Under the pieces are notes generated by a model. The model was not told the origin of the DNA. It was given only the letters and a program-made list of their open reading frames with translations, and did no database searches. Shown piece by piece: positions 1 to 10,551 of a stretch of DNA of 64,000 nucleotides (the first letter of the stretch is position 1; the number at the start of each line of letters is the position of its first letter). Source of the DNA: an uncultured Methylomirabilota bacterium (GTDB taxonomy: Bacteria > Methylomirabilota > Methylomirabilia > CAVQYV01); assembly GCA_963718295.1 (NCBI GenBank), contig CAVQYV010000008.1, positions 79,098 to 143,097 on the forward strand, read 5' to 3'. Position numbers and translations under genes: made by a program.

Positions 1-343
1 GATCTTCGATCACATTGGACTCCTCCCCGGCCCCGGGTGCCTCCCCGGTCCCTTCCTGCGTTCCGCTCGTGCCTTGTTCCTTGGGCCAGATGATCGCCTT
101 TGCGATGCGAGACGACGGTCCTTCGTAGAATAATACATAGTCGAATCCGCGGAGGAGTCTCTCGATCCCCTCCTTCACCGGGAGGTGGCGGAATCGGACC
201 GAGATCTGGCGATTCATTCCCTCCACGCCCTTGTGGACAAAGCGGATTCCGCAGACTCGCGACAGACGGCCCAACAGGTCTTGCAAGGGGACGCCCTCTG
301 CCTCCACGCTGAGAAACCCCTTTTCGCAACGAACTAGGGGCAT
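1..343 (-). CDS. hypothetical protein, N-terminal part only (gene runs off the window start)
   Basis: Manual translation of the minus strand from ATG at 341-343 (MPLVRCEKGFLSVEAEGVPLQDLLGRLSRVCGIRFVHKGVEGMNRQISVRFRHLPVKEGIERLLRGFDYVLFYEG...) stays open to position 1; protein-like composition; not in the ORF track because no stop is inside the window; family not recognised. Confidence 0.35.
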   Translation of the reverse strand, partial: MPLVRCEKGFLSVEAEGVPLQDLLGRLSRVCGIRFVHKGVEGMNRQISVRFRHLPVKEGIERLLRGFDYVLFYEGPSSRIAKAIIWPKEQGTSGTQEGTGEAPGAGEESNVIED

Positions 344-982
344 CTTTTGAGGGTCTGCCGCCACACCGTTGGCCTCACCCGTGAAAGGAATGGCGGATAA
401 GGATAGGGAGAGGAGAATGAAACCGATACAAAATCTTACAGACTTGCTCCGGGCTTGCATGTTCATGGCCTTGCCCCACCCTCCCCCGAAGACACAAACA
501 CCTCCAGAGGGGGCATGGTCCGCCGCCTGGAGGCGGGGTCGGGTTATATTCAGAAGACGGCTGTTCATCTTTGGCTCCCGAGGTTTCCACTTTCTATCTA
601 TGCCACCCAGCCCGGTGAGAAGGTCCGGCGAGAATTCAAAGCCTGCCTACGGGGAATTCCAGCCAAGCGAACGGGTCGTCTGGATGTTTGCACCATCCAA
701 TCAGGATGTTCCACAAAACCAGAAAGAGCTAAAAAGGGAAACGAGATCAGGGGGTTTCCAGCAGAGTACTGGACACATGCCTGCATCCTGCGTTCTCTGG
801 GGGGAGGGGGGATGGGTTACAGTTGACCCGAGGGGCAAAGCCTGACCGAGAATCCGAGGCCGCAATACGAAGTGGCACGTCAATCTATCGATGCTAATGT
901 AGTCCGATAGCGGGGACTTGTCAACCCCTTTTAACCGTTTTGAGGCCCTTTTCCCAGGTCCTTGACCAAAGGCAGACGGGAC

Positions 983-2011
983 TCAGTGGATTCGTAAGAC
1001 CTTCGCCCCCCGAATCCTTCGCTCCTTCAATTCGACCAATGCCTGGTTGGCGTCCTCCAATGCATACTCCTGGAATTCAGGCCTGATGGGCACTTGGGCT
1101 GCCAATCGCAGGAAGTCGTCCACGTCTTTTCGGGTGACATTGGCCACGCTCTGGATCTTCTTCTCCATCCAGAGATGGCAGGGGTAATCCATTTCCCCCA
1201 GGGATGCCTTATCCACCTCCTCCTTCCGGATCGCATTGATGATGAGCCTCCCTCCCTTCCCCAGGTGAGTTAAGGCGACGATGATCGGTTTCCAGGCGGG
1301 CGTGGTGTCAATGGCGCAATGCATTCTCTCGGGGGGCTCATCGTCGAAGCTGCCCACCCAGAAGGCCCCCAGTTCTCTCGCGAAATCCCTCTCGCTTTCG
1401 GTTCGGGAGAATACAAAGACCTTTGCGTCTGGATGCAGGTAACGAACCATTTTCATCACCAGATGGGCGGATGCCCCAAAGCCTATCAGAGCCAGATTCT
1501 CTCCATCCTGCATCCCTGTCAAGCGCAGCGAGCGATACCCGATCGCCCCCGCGCACAGGAGAGGAGCCGCTTCGGAATCAGAGAATGATTCCGGGATTCG
1601 AAATGCGAAATCTCCTGGAACCACCGCATATTCTGCATACCCCCCATCTACATCGCGCCCCGTGGCTCGAAAATGGTCACACAGATTTTCGCTGCCGCCG
1701 AGGCAGAATTTGCATTTTCCACAAGCAGAATGGATCCAGGCAATTCCCACCCTCTCCCCATTCCTGAATTCGCCTGCCTTTCTCCCCGATCCCTCCACCC
1801 GGCCGACGATCTGATGGCCCAAAATGATGGGGAATCTCGCCGGAGGGGTTCTCCCCTCGATCTCGTCCAACTCGGTGTGACAGACCGCACAGGCTGAGAC
1901 CTTCACCAGAATCTCATTCTCTTTGGGCACAGGCAAAGGTAGATCCGCCGGGACCAGGGGGGATCTGTCTGTCTGGAGGTTGCATGGACGGTTCAGGACC
2001 AATGCCTTCAT
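983..2011 (-). CDS. zinc-dependent alcohol dehydrogenase family (MDR) oxidoreductase
   Basis: 342 aa ORF; zinc-ligand region CAVCHTELDEIEG and GHQIVGRVE, Rossmann-type LIGFGASAHLV. Confidence 0.85.
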   Translation of the reverse strand: MKALVLNRPCNLQTDRSPLVPADLPLPVPKENEILVKVSACAVCHTELDEIEGRTPPARFPIILGHQIVGRVEGSGRKAGEFRNGERVGIAWIHSACGKCKFCLGGSENLCDHFRATGRDVDGGYAEYAVVPGDFAFRIPESFSDSEAAPLLCAGAIGYRSLRLTGMQDGENLALIGFGASAHLVMKMVRYLHPDAKVFVFSRTESERDFARELGAFWVGSFDDEPPERMHCAIDTTPAWKPIIVALTHLGKGGRLIINAIRKEEVDKASLGEMDYPCHLWMEKKIQSVANVTRKDVDDFLRLAAQVPIRPEFQEYALEDANQALVELKERRIRGAKVLRIH

Positions 2012-2363
2012 CGCTTTTCATTCCTTTCCCTTCGATTTAAGGGTTCTCTTATCATGCTTGCGATTGTTTTCCTATCAAAAAGGCCCCGCAAATCGGCCCT
2101 GCCGCCCTTCTGGCCAAAAAGAACGGCGCGCTCATCTCCCCGTGGCCTCATATGGTGCAGTGTTGCAATCTCCTGGGAACAGGGCTATATTCGGGCCGCT
2201 TCCCCGTTTCCTATTCTGCATTCGCACGTTGGAATCTTGGGCCATAAAGATCTTCCCTGGGGGGTGATGCCACAAGCCGAGAAGCTCTTCCCGCTGTAGG
2301 GACTATCCCAACTCTTCCTATTCAACCTATATGTCCAAACTTTACGTCCAAAGGGGGAAATGT

Positions 2364-3704
2364 ATGAGTGGTCCCGCGCTGCTAATGATCTTGCTGGTGA
2401 GTATTGCCTTCATCGTAGTGATGACGGCGCGTTACAAGATGAACGCCTTCCTGGTTCTCATTTTGGCTGCCTTTGGAGTGGGATTGGCGTGCGGCCTGCC
2501 CGTGCCCAAAATCCTGGATGGCATCAAAGACGGTTTTGGGAGCACCATGAGGGCCATAGGCATCATCATCGTCGAGGGAACCATGATCGGTATCATCCTG
2601 GAGAAGACCGGGGCAGCCGTGAGCATGGCAAATTGGATACTGAAGATAGTAGGGAAGAATCGGGCTACGGTTGCTATGGGTGTAAGCGGCTACGTGGTGG
2701 GCATGCCCCTGTTCTGTGATACCGGTTTTGTGGTAATGAGCCCCCTGAATAAGGCCCTCGCTAACCGATCCGGTATCTCTATGGCGGTGATGGCGGTAAT
2801 CCTTTCCACCGCACTCTATTCCACTCACTGCCTGGTGCCGCCTCACCCAGGTCCTACGGCCGCTGTAGGCATCTTGGGTGTCGACATCGGAAAGGTGATC
2901 CTCTTGGGGCTGCCCCTCGCCATTCCGGGAGCCCTGGCCGGTTATTTTTGGTCCACCCGCTTTGGCAAGCGATATGATGTCCCGGCCAAGCCCGAAATGA
3001 GCTATGAACAACTCTGCGCGGCCTATGGAGAACTGCCCAGGGTGTGGAGGTCTTTCCTTCCCATCATCCTGCCTATTTTCCTGATCGCCCTGAAATCGAT
3101 CACCACCCTCCCGGGACAACCCATATCCGGAGGGAGACTCCTTTCCTTTATCAATTTCATAGGTGATCCGATCACAGCCCTGCTCATCGGGGTTTTTCTG
3201 GCTCTCTCCCTGGTCAAGAATTGGAGTGAAGAAGTCCTGGATGGATGGCTGGCGAAGGCTTTAGGATCTGCCGGATTGATTATCATCATTACGGCGGGAG
3301 GAGGCGCCTTTGGAAACATCCTGAGAATCAGCCCCATCGGAAACTACCTTGGCTCCAGTCTCTCCAAGTGGGGGATCGGGCTATTTCTCCCCTTCATTCT
3401 GGCTGCTGCCCTCAAGATTGCCCAAGGATCCTCTACGGTAGCCATCATCACCACCTCCAGCCTGATCGCCCCCATGATACAGGGTCTGGGACTTGCCACG
3501 GGATGGGGTCCGGTGCTAACGGTCTTGGCCACAGGCGCGGGCGGGATGGTCGTCTCCCATGCCAATGACAGCTACTTCTGGGTGGTCGCCAAGTTCTCGG
3601 ATCTGGATGTGCCGACTGCCTATAAGGTGCACACTTCGGGCACCCTGGTAGAGGGAATCGTCACCATGGTCGGCATCTGGGTCGTGTCCTTATTTCTTCA
3701 CTGA
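2364..3704 (+). CDS. GntP family permease (gluconate-type transporter)
   Basis: Polytopic membrane ORF with GntP-like N-terminus (RYKMNAFLVLILAAFGVGLACG); ATG at 2364 follows a purine-rich RBS; track ORF begins at 2331. Confidence 0.8.
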   Translation: MSGPALLMILLVSIAFIVVMTARYKMNAFLVLILAAFGVGLACGLPVPKILDGIKDGFGSTMRAIGIIIVEGTMIGIILEKTGAAVSMANWILKIVGKNRATVAMGVSGYVVGMPLFCDTGFVVMSPLNKALANRSGISMAVMAVILSTALYSTHCLVPPHPGPTAAVGILGVDIGKVILLGLPLAIPGALAGYFWSTRFGKRYDVPAKPEMSYEQLCAAYGELPRVWRSFLPIILPIFLIALKSITTLPGQPISGGRLLSFINFIGDPITALLIGVFLALSLVKNWSEEVLDGWLAKALGSAGLIIIITAGGGAFGNILRISPIGNYLGSSLSKWGIGLFLPFILAAALKIAQGSSTVAIITTSSLIAPMIQGLGLATGWGPVLTVLATGAGGMVVSHANDSYFWVVAKFSDLDVPTAYKVHTSGTLVEGIVTMVGIWVVSLFLH

Positions 3705-3731
3705 TTCACGCCTTTTCCCACTTCCAAAGAA

Positions 3732-3765
3732 ATAGGGGGAGGAGACGTTCGTCTCCTCCCCCTAT
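3732..3765. terminator. perfect 15-bp-stem hairpin between convergent genes (putative bidirectional terminator)
   Basis: atagggggaggagac-gttc-gtctcctccccctat between GntP (+) stop and dipeptidase (-) stop; no strong U-tract. Confidence 0.45.
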
Positions 3766-3995
3766 TCTGCTACCGTGCTTTAGGGTCTAAAGCGCCTACT
3801 TTACCTTAATCCGCCATCTTCGCCTTGAGTGCCTTGACGGTGGCGAGTCCTTCCTCTACACACTTGGCCATGAAACTATCCAGCACCGCCGCGGCCTCAG
3901 CGGCTTTTCCGGCCTTCTTCAGGGCTACCACCTTCTGCTCCACCTTCCAGGCCTCGGCGGCAAACTTCTTCTCCAGAGTGTCGAAGGCAGCTGCG

Positions 3996-5492
3996 TTATT
4001 GAATGGGGAGCGGAACGCCTTTCTTGGAGCTCCAATCCTTCAAGTAGTCAATGAAGACGTACTTGATTCCCACCGTCTCCAGTTGCACGGGCAATACCTC
4101 ATTCAGCATCTTGTATTCCTTCTCGATCCGGCTGCAATTCTCGTCGATGTATTTCTGCAGCACGGCCACCGCAGCCCCTTGCTGGCCCTTTTTGATCAGG
4201 TCCAAAGCCTGGGTCTCATAAGGGCTCTGGCGCTGGAGGATCCACTTCTCGGTCTGGTCGAAGACCCCACGCACCGTCGGATTGAGCGCCTGATAATTCA
4301 AATCGCACAGGAGCTTCACCCGATTGGCCCACCACCAAGGCGAATCAGCAGAATAGGTGCTGGTGCCGTCGCCATAGTTGGCCGGGACCTTGGGTCCGCC
4401 GAAGTAGAAGGGCTTGAACACGTTGTCGCACGGGTTGGAGAAGCTCGCCCAGTAGACCTGACGTAACAGGGGCGGCATCCAGGCCCGCAGGTGGCAAACC
4501 TCGGAAGCTGCAGAGTGATAGCCCGACTTGGGGTTGTCGTGCAGGCAGAGGGTCGCCCAGAAGGTCTCCGAGGCGCCCCAACGCGGCTCGACCACCGTCC
4601 CCTCGTGGTGATTGCGGGTGAACTTCATCATGACGGCCGGGTCGATCTTGCCGCTCAACCCCTGACACAGGGTGAAGGACTCATTGCGGCGGATCTGCAT
4701 CGCGCCGGGATCAGGGGATTCCTTCTTCCAGTAGTCGCCGTAATCGCGGGCGAAGTTGAACTCCGCCGCGGACTTGGTCCAACCCATCTCGATGGCATGC
4801 TGTACCAGATTGGGATGGGCCTCATCCCAATCGGCCTCGATGGAATAGATGTTGGAGATGGACCAGACGCCGTTCTTCACCTTCTTGGCCACCCAGTACC
4901 GGCCAGCGGTCTCCAATACCCAAGCCTCCTTGGGGTCGGCGATGATGAAGGTGTTATGGTAGTTTGCCTTGCCCCACTCGCCTGGATACTCACAATCCCC
5001 CGACTGGCCATACTTTTCCAGCAGAGCAATGATCACATGCATCGCCTCGTAGGCGGTCTTGCCCCGCTCCAGCCCCAGGCGCAGCAGGTCCATGCCCAGG
5101 AGGCCATCACCCCACTGATAGGGCTCTTTCGACCACACCGCTTCGTTGCCGATGGCCACGCCATGCTCGTTCATGCCGTGCTCGTACCCGAAGGTCCACC
5201 AGATTTTGGAGCCAAAGTGCTCATAGGTTACGGGAACCTGGGGGATCTGGATATAGGTGCACTTCACCTGCTCACCCGCGGGATGGTTCGCCCGGGCCAT
5301 GTGCACCAGAGGCTGTGCCTCCATGGGCGGCCGGTCGCTGTTCTTGGTCAAGATAATCGATCCGTCCGAGGTGGCATCCTGGACCGCTACCCAAGTGTCG
5401 CAGGGAACAGCGGCGCCGGGGAAAGTTGCAAAAGCGGCTATAAAGGCTGCGAAGAGCAATCCACTCAGGGTCTTACCCCTCTTATTTAACAT
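3996..5492 (-). CDS. C69 family dipeptidase, secreted
   Basis: Signal peptide then Cys nucleophile at mature N-terminus (AAVPCDTWVA), typical of peptidase C69; RBS aaaggagacagg before ATG at 5492; track ORF extends to 5588. Confidence 0.7.
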   Translation of the reverse strand: MLNKRGKTLSGLLFAAFIAAFATFPGAAVPCDTWVAVQDATSDGSIILTKNSDRPPMEAQPLVHMARANHPAGEQVKCTYIQIPQVPVTYEHFGSKIWWTFGYEHGMNEHGVAIGNEAVWSKEPYQWGDGLLGMDLLRLGLERGKTAYEAMHVIIALLEKYGQSGDCEYPGEWGKANYHNTFIIADPKEAWVLETAGRYWVAKKVKNGVWSISNIYSIEADWDEAHPNLVQHAIEMGWTKSAAEFNFARDYGDYWKKESPDPGAMQIRRNESFTLCQGLSGKIDPAVMMKFTRNHHEGTVVEPRWGASETFWATLCLHDNPKSGYHSAASEVCHLRAWMPPLLRQVYWASFSNPCDNVFKPFYFGGPKVPANYGDGTSTYSADSPWWWANRVKLLCDLNYQALNPTVRGVFDQTEKWILQRQSPYETQALDLIKKGQQGAAVAVLQKYIDENCSRIEKEYKMLNEVLPVQLETVGIKYVFIDYLKDWSSKKGVPLPIQ

Positions 5493-6021
5493 CCTGTCTC
5501 CTTTGAGAGATTGGGTTCGATCGAAGAATCTTAAAACGACAAGATCACTCATTTTTTGGTCTGACTTGCACTGATCCCTTCCTTTCAACAGGGCCTGCTC
5601 ATCCTTTTGGGTCCTTCAACCAAAATCCATCAACCTCAGGGCCTCGGGATGTCTCGGCGGCAGGGCCGCACCATTCAGACTTCTCATGAAACGCAACGTG
5701 ATTTCCGGATTCTCGATCCATGTTCCGGAAAACCCCGTTATCGACCTTGGCGCAGATCTGCGAAATCGACCTTTCAAACCGTATCTTCACGCAGGAAGCT
5801 ACACTGGTTGGGACCAAAGCACCAGAATCCCCTTTACACGATGACGATATATTGGTGATCGATGAGTGTCAAGGAGATTTGGAGTGATTTGGAGTGATGC
5901 CCGCTTAGTCTCACAGATCAAACCTTTGGTCTTCCTGGGCACAGGCCGATTAGGGCGTTGGGAAAAGATGGGTTATACAGGAGAAGCCTTTCTGGACTGA
6001 GACAGGACGAAGGCGTTCTGC

Positions 6022-6726
6022 TCAGACATACTGGGGCAGGACCTTCACCTGATAGCTATGTTGAAGGCTTCTCTTGAGGACGGGGTCTTCTAACTCCAGA
6101 TCATAGGAGTCGCCATAGACGATTCCCGATTGGGTGGCAACCGTGCCGGAAAAGAGCATCACCCCTTCCTGATGCCCGATTCCCTCCTTGGGCAATCCGT
6201 GCAGCAGTTCCGCAGGGGAAAGGATAGAGGCCAATGAGGCCTGCTGGTAGAGAGCCCTTTTGCCTTCCCTTGTGACCCAGCACCGCAGGGCCAACTGCTC
6301 CCAGTGATCCTTCAATTCCTCATAAGGCCAGCATTCCGAGGCTAGGCATTTCGCATACATCTGCTTCGAGGCCGGAATGGATCGAGTTTCTATATCCCGA
6401 TCGGTATGGTCGCTTCCCACAGTGACCCAGATATCGGGATCTCTCCAGAGAAGGACATATTCGACCTCACCCGAGGAGCGATCGCTCACCACTGTGATCT
6501 CATGGTCCGTGGTTAGCAGGTAAGGCGAGAGATTCATATAGATGGGAACTCGAGTGGGCTTTGGGATTCCCAACTGGAAGAGCTCATCGATGTGCGCCTG
6601 GAGCGCTTCACGGTCCCTTCCCACCCAACCGGCGCAGATCAGGTGGCTGACGGGAAAGCTCAGGTCCTTCGATGTCCCTTTGCCCCTGTGGTTGATCTTG
6701 AGACGGAGTGTCTTGGGAGTGATCAT
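6022..6726 (-). CDS. DUF2848-like hypothetical protein
   Basis: ORF from ATG at 6726 with RBS gggaggag; N-terminal region SHLICAGWVGRDREALQAHIDEL resembles DUF2848 proteins (recollection, not searched). Confidence 0.5.
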   Translation of the reverse strand: MITPKTLRLKINHRGKGTSKDLSFPVSHLICAGWVGRDREALQAHIDELFQLGIPKPTRVPIYMNLSPYLLTTDHEITVVSDRSSGEVEYVLLWRDPDIWVTVGSDHTDRDIETRSIPASKQMYAKCLASECWPYEELKDHWEQLALRCWVTREGKRALYQQASLASILSPAELLHGLPKEGIGHQEGVMLFSGTVATQSGIVYGDSYDLELEDPVLKRSLQHSYQVKVLPQYV

Positions 6727-6832
6727 CTTTTTCTCCTCCCTTCGATGAAGATAGAGATTACGGCCCTTGCGTTTTGGGATGGCTTGCAGCGTAGGAGAAT
6801 TCGACTGAAGGCAGGATTTGGCTTGGCCTGGC

Positions 6833-8279
6833 TCAGAGAGACCAATCCTCGGGGATGCGGAGCCGGTCCCCGGGTTGAATGACTGCAGAGGATTGCAGCC
6901 CATTCGTCTGCAAGAGTTGCTTCACGCTTACCCCATAGGATCGAGCAATCTTCGACAGGGTATCCCCCTGTTGGACCACATGCACCGAGTGGGATGCAGA
7001 ATTCTCGGCGCTGGAGGCTGTCTCTGCTTGCTGCGTCTCTGCTTGTTGTGCGGGAATCCTTGCCCCTCCGGCTAAGGTTTCCCTGAAGCCTTGAGGGATC
7101 GGCAAGAGGAGGTCCTTGCCCGCTGGAGGGGACTGAAAGGAAGGGAGATGGTTCATCTGGACGATCATCGGAATCGGTACCCGATAGCGTTTGCTGATCT
7201 GTGAAAGCGTATCCCCCTTTCGCACCTGGTGGCGAGCCCAGACAATTCGATCCTCCGGCGGAATCCTGGACAGGACCTCTCTAAAACGCGCTTTCGTTTC
7301 CGCCGGTATTCTCACCTTATATGGGGACTGATCGGGAGGGGTACACCCCCAATTCAGCTCCGGATTCAGTGCCAAAATCTCGCCCAATGGGACATTGCAG
7401 GCCTTGGCGATTACCCTCAAGTCGGTGCAGGAATCCACCGGCACCCGGACATATCGCGGGGAATTCTCTCGAATCCGGGGGAAGTAGTAGGTCTCAGGAT
7501 CTCTCAAGATGAGGGTAACTGCCATAAAAGCCGACACCAGTTCCCGGCTCTCCCGAGGAATCTGGAGGGACCAAAAGTCGGCTTGGGGACGATTCCGAAT
7601 CGCGCCCAGCACCCTGTCCTCCCCGGCGTTGTAGGCAGCAATGGACAGGGGCCAGGAGCCGAAGGTGCGATGGAGCTGTTTCAGGTACTTGGCTGCGGCA
7701 TGGGTGGACTTCTCCGGATCCCGACGTTCATCCACCCACCAATTCACTCGCAGGCCGAAGAGCTTGGCGGTCGTCCTTCATAAATTGCCAGAAGCCGACA
7801 GCGCCCACCCGAGAATAAGCATAGGGGTCGAAGCCGCTTTCGATGAATGCGAGATTACATAGCTCAACGGGAAGCCCAGCCCTCTCGAAGACGGTCTTCA
7901 CTTGAGCCAAATAGACCTCGGCTTTCCGGATGTCCTTCAACAGGGATTCCCGGCAATGGCTCTGATAGATCCGAAGGTAGCGGGAAACGGAATGGTTGAC
8001 TTCTACATTCAGGACCTCTGACCCGTTTGCCTTCTTGCTGGCCTTTCCCGTTCCTTGATCATTGGAGCCCGTCTGCCGAACTGAATCATTCCCTGGAATG
8101 GCCCTCTCCTCCAAAGATGCGCTCATCTCCTTTAGGAGAGAGGAGTTGACCGTCCCCTCGGGGTGCGCAGGCAGTGGGGCAAAGGCAACTGCAAGCCCGC
8201 ACAGGACAAGGGTAAGGCTCAGGTAAAGAGCGAACCCACCCACTCCTTGCTTTCTTCGATCGTATCTCAAGGGATGCAC
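6833..8279 (-). pseudogene. MltD-like lytic transglycosylase with two LysM domains, frameshifted in the SLT domain
   Basis: Track ORFs 7728..8279 (ESGFDPYAYSRVGAVGFWQFM) and 6833..7747 (NWWVDERRDPEKSTHAAAKYL...AAYNAGEDRV, two LysM repeats) are adjacent halves of one SLT domain in different frames; the alternative frame reads TTAKLFGLRVNWWV across the break. Confidence 0.65.
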
Positions 8280-8280
8280 C

Positions 8281-9090
8281 TCACAGTCTGACTTTGTCTA
8301 AAATTTGGCAGCATGCTTCATAGCCTTCCTTCTTCAGTACCTCGGGAGAGGAGAAGTCATATACGGAGAAGGATTCAATGCGTGGGGAATAGATCTCATG
8401 GACAGCTACCCCACCTGAGCGGACTGCTTCAAGCTCCCGGCGGGTCCGCTGCTTTCCCCAATAGTCAATGATCTTCCAGGGTCGATATCTCCCCCATCCG
8501 TCATAATATTTGAAGAAAAAGCCGAGATTGACCGCGAGGACGCATTCACCACCCACCTGTTGAGCGACACGGGCAGGAACATTCCCTGCGATCCCTCCAT
8601 CCAGAAATAACCTATCATCCCACGAGTGGGGCCAACCCGTGGCCGAGCTGGCGAGGAGGGGATCACCGATCTGGGATCCATCGTCCTTCCCACCGATCGT
8701 GACTCTCTTGCGCCCGCGCAGGCGAAAGGTCGTCAAATAGAAGGGGGTATGCAAATCCGAGAAGCGGACCCCCGCGAGTCCAAGTTCGCCCTCCAGAGTT
8801 GCCCTCTTCCAGGATTTGGAAAAGACCTTACGGGCCTGAAAGAGCGGAAACAAAGGAGCGAAGCCACGTTGTCCTTGGATGTGGGATGCGATTTGCCTGG
8901 CAACCCTCTCCAGCCTGTCCATGGCTTGAGAGAAGGGAAAACAGCAGTAGACGGCCCCTACCCAGGCACCGATACTCGTTCCCACAACCAGGTCGGGCCT
9001 GATACCCTTTTCCTCCAAGGCTTGTATCACGCCCAGGTGAGCTGCACCCCGAGCGGCTCCCCCTCCGAGGACCAGAGCCAATCTGCTCAT
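8281..9090 (-). CDS. patatin-like phospholipase family protein
   Basis: GGGAARGAAHLG oxyanion motif, GTSIGA (GxSxG) nucleophile elbow, DGG catalytic Asp motif. Confidence 0.8.
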   Translation of the reverse strand: MSRLALVLGGGAARGAAHLGVIQALEEKGIRPDLVVGTSIGAWVGAVYCCFPFSQAMDRLERVARQIASHIQGQRGFAPLFPLFQARKVFSKSWKRATLEGELGLAGVRFSDLHTPFYLTTFRLRGRKRVTIGGKDDGSQIGDPLLASSATGWPHSWDDRLFLDGGIAGNVPARVAQQVGGECVLAVNLGFFFKYYDGWGRYRPWKIIDYWGKQRTRRELEAVRSGGVAVHEIYSPRIESFSVYDFSSPEVLKKEGYEACCQILDKVRL

Positions 9091-9109
9091 CTCGGTCCCC
9101 GTTCAGTCT

Positions 9110-9433
9110 CTATTTCCGAGTGGATTCTTGTACCCAGCGAAGATATTCTTCCGATCCTCTTAGGATAGGTACGGCGATGATCTCCGGCACCGTGTACGAG
9201 TGAAGTTCCTTAACCCGCTCACATAATGCCGAAAAGAGATCACTCCTGCTCTTGGCGAAAAGAAGTAACTCCTCTTCCCTTTGGACAGCGCCTTCCCAGA
9301 AAAATATGGAGTAAACGGAAGGAAGGATGTTTATGCAGGCCGCCCACTTCTCCCGAATCAACACTTCCGCGATGTGATCCGCCTCTTCGCGATTGGGGAC
9401 GGTGATCAGAACTATAATATATGGGGCATCCAT
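9110..9433 (-). CDS. cutA: divalent-cation tolerance protein CutA
   Basis: About 108 aa with CutA1-like sequence (YIIVLITVPNREEADHIAEVLIREKWAACINILP...HSYTVPEIIAVPI); start chosen at MDAPY. Confidence 0.8.
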   Translation of the reverse strand: MDAPYIIVLITVPNREEADHIAEVLIREKWAACINILPSVYSIFFWEGAVQREEELLLFAKSRSDLFSALCERVKELHSYTVPEIIAVPILRGSEEYLRWVQESTRK

Positions 9434-9753
9434 GGCAGCCTCATCCATGAACGACATGAATGAAAGAAAGGTAACCGTAAAGCGATGGAATTGTCAAGCA
9501 ATTTTTTCCTGAACTCCCGCAAAGGACTGGCTCGTATTGACAAAGGAGCCGTCTTTGGTTATCGTGAATGAGCTTTTCTGCGGGTTTTCACCCTTCTCTC
9601 GCTCGAGCTCTCACGGGAGCCATCCAAGACTGCCACCCATTGAGTCTCGAAGCGGCATGAGATGACCCATGATGTGATTGTTGAGGTGCTGCCTTTTGGG
9701 GGATGTAGGAGCGCTGACCGAGATTGCTTTGTGAAGATGAAGAGGAGGAAGAG

Positions 9754-10551
9754 ATGAATCCAGAGGAGGCCAGGCTAGGCAAATGGTTTCCCAAGCTATT
9801 TGCGCTGGATGGGGAGGTGGCCCTTGTCACCGGAGGAGGTAGCGGGCTGGGTCAGGCCATTGCCCTCGGGCTCGCGGAGGCCGGATCTTCCGTTGCAGTA
9901 GCCGATATCTGGCGGGAGGGTGCCGAGGGCACTGCAGATCGCATCAGGGCGATGGGCAAAAAGGCAGCCGCGCTCCAGGTGGATGTGACCCAATCCTCCC
10001 AGGTCGAAAAGATGGCCCAGGCGGTCCTGCAGGATTGGGGCAAAATAGACATTCTGGTAAACAGTGCGGGGATTACTTATCGGGGGACAGCCTTGGAATT
10101 TCCGGAGAAGGAATGGGATCGTATCCTCGCGGTCAACCTCAAGGGCACCTTCCTTTCCTGTCAGGTAGTGGGGAGGGCAATGGTGGGTCGTGGAAGAGGC
10201 AAGATTATCAATATCGCGTCCATTGGCGGCCTGATCGCTTATTCCGGGACCATTGCCTATCTGGCCAGCAAGGGAGGGGTGGTTCAGCTGACCCGGGGAT
10301 TAGCAGTGGAGTGGGCTAAGGCCGGAGTGAGAGTGAACGCGATTGCGCCATTCGTCTTCGATACCCCTCTGGTAACCCACATCAAGGCTCAAGAGCCAGA
10401 GCATTTCCAGAGGATGATCGACAAAGCACCGATGGGCCGGCTGGGGCAAGCGGAGGAGATCATCGGGGCAGCCATCTTTTTGGCCTCATCCGCCTCCGAC
10501 TTGATCACGGGCCATATCTTAGCAGTGGACGGCGGATTTACCGCGCAATAG
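9754..10551 (+). CDS. SDR family oxidoreductase
   Basis: TGGGSGLG cofactor motif, catalytic YLASK; ATG at 9754 after gaggagg RBS (track ORF starts at TTG 9724). Confidence 0.85.
   Translation: MNPEEARLGKWFPKLFALDGEVALVTGGGSGLGQAIALGLAEAGSSVAVADIWREGAEGTADRIRAMGKKAAALQVDVTQSSQVEKMAQAVLQDWGKIDILVNSAGITYRGTALEFPEKEWDRILAVNLKGTFLSCQVVGRAMVGRGRGKIINIASIGGLIAYSGTIAYLASKGGVVQLTRGLAVEWAKAGVRVNAIAPFVFDTPLVTHIKAQEPEHFQRMIDKAPMGRLGQAEEIIGAAIFLASSASDLITGHILAVDGGFTAQ

Noticed and set aside
369-845. Plus-strand ORFs 369..845 and 455..826
   Set aside because: Arg/Pro/Trp-rich, no recognisable motifs; typical spurious ORFs in GC-rich non-coding DNA
881-902. Sigma-54-like TGGCAC motif
   Set aside because: No GC element at the correct -12 spacing
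3825-5489. Plus-strand ORFs 3825..4466 and 4491..5489
   Set aside because: Antisense to the well-supported C69 dipeptidase gene
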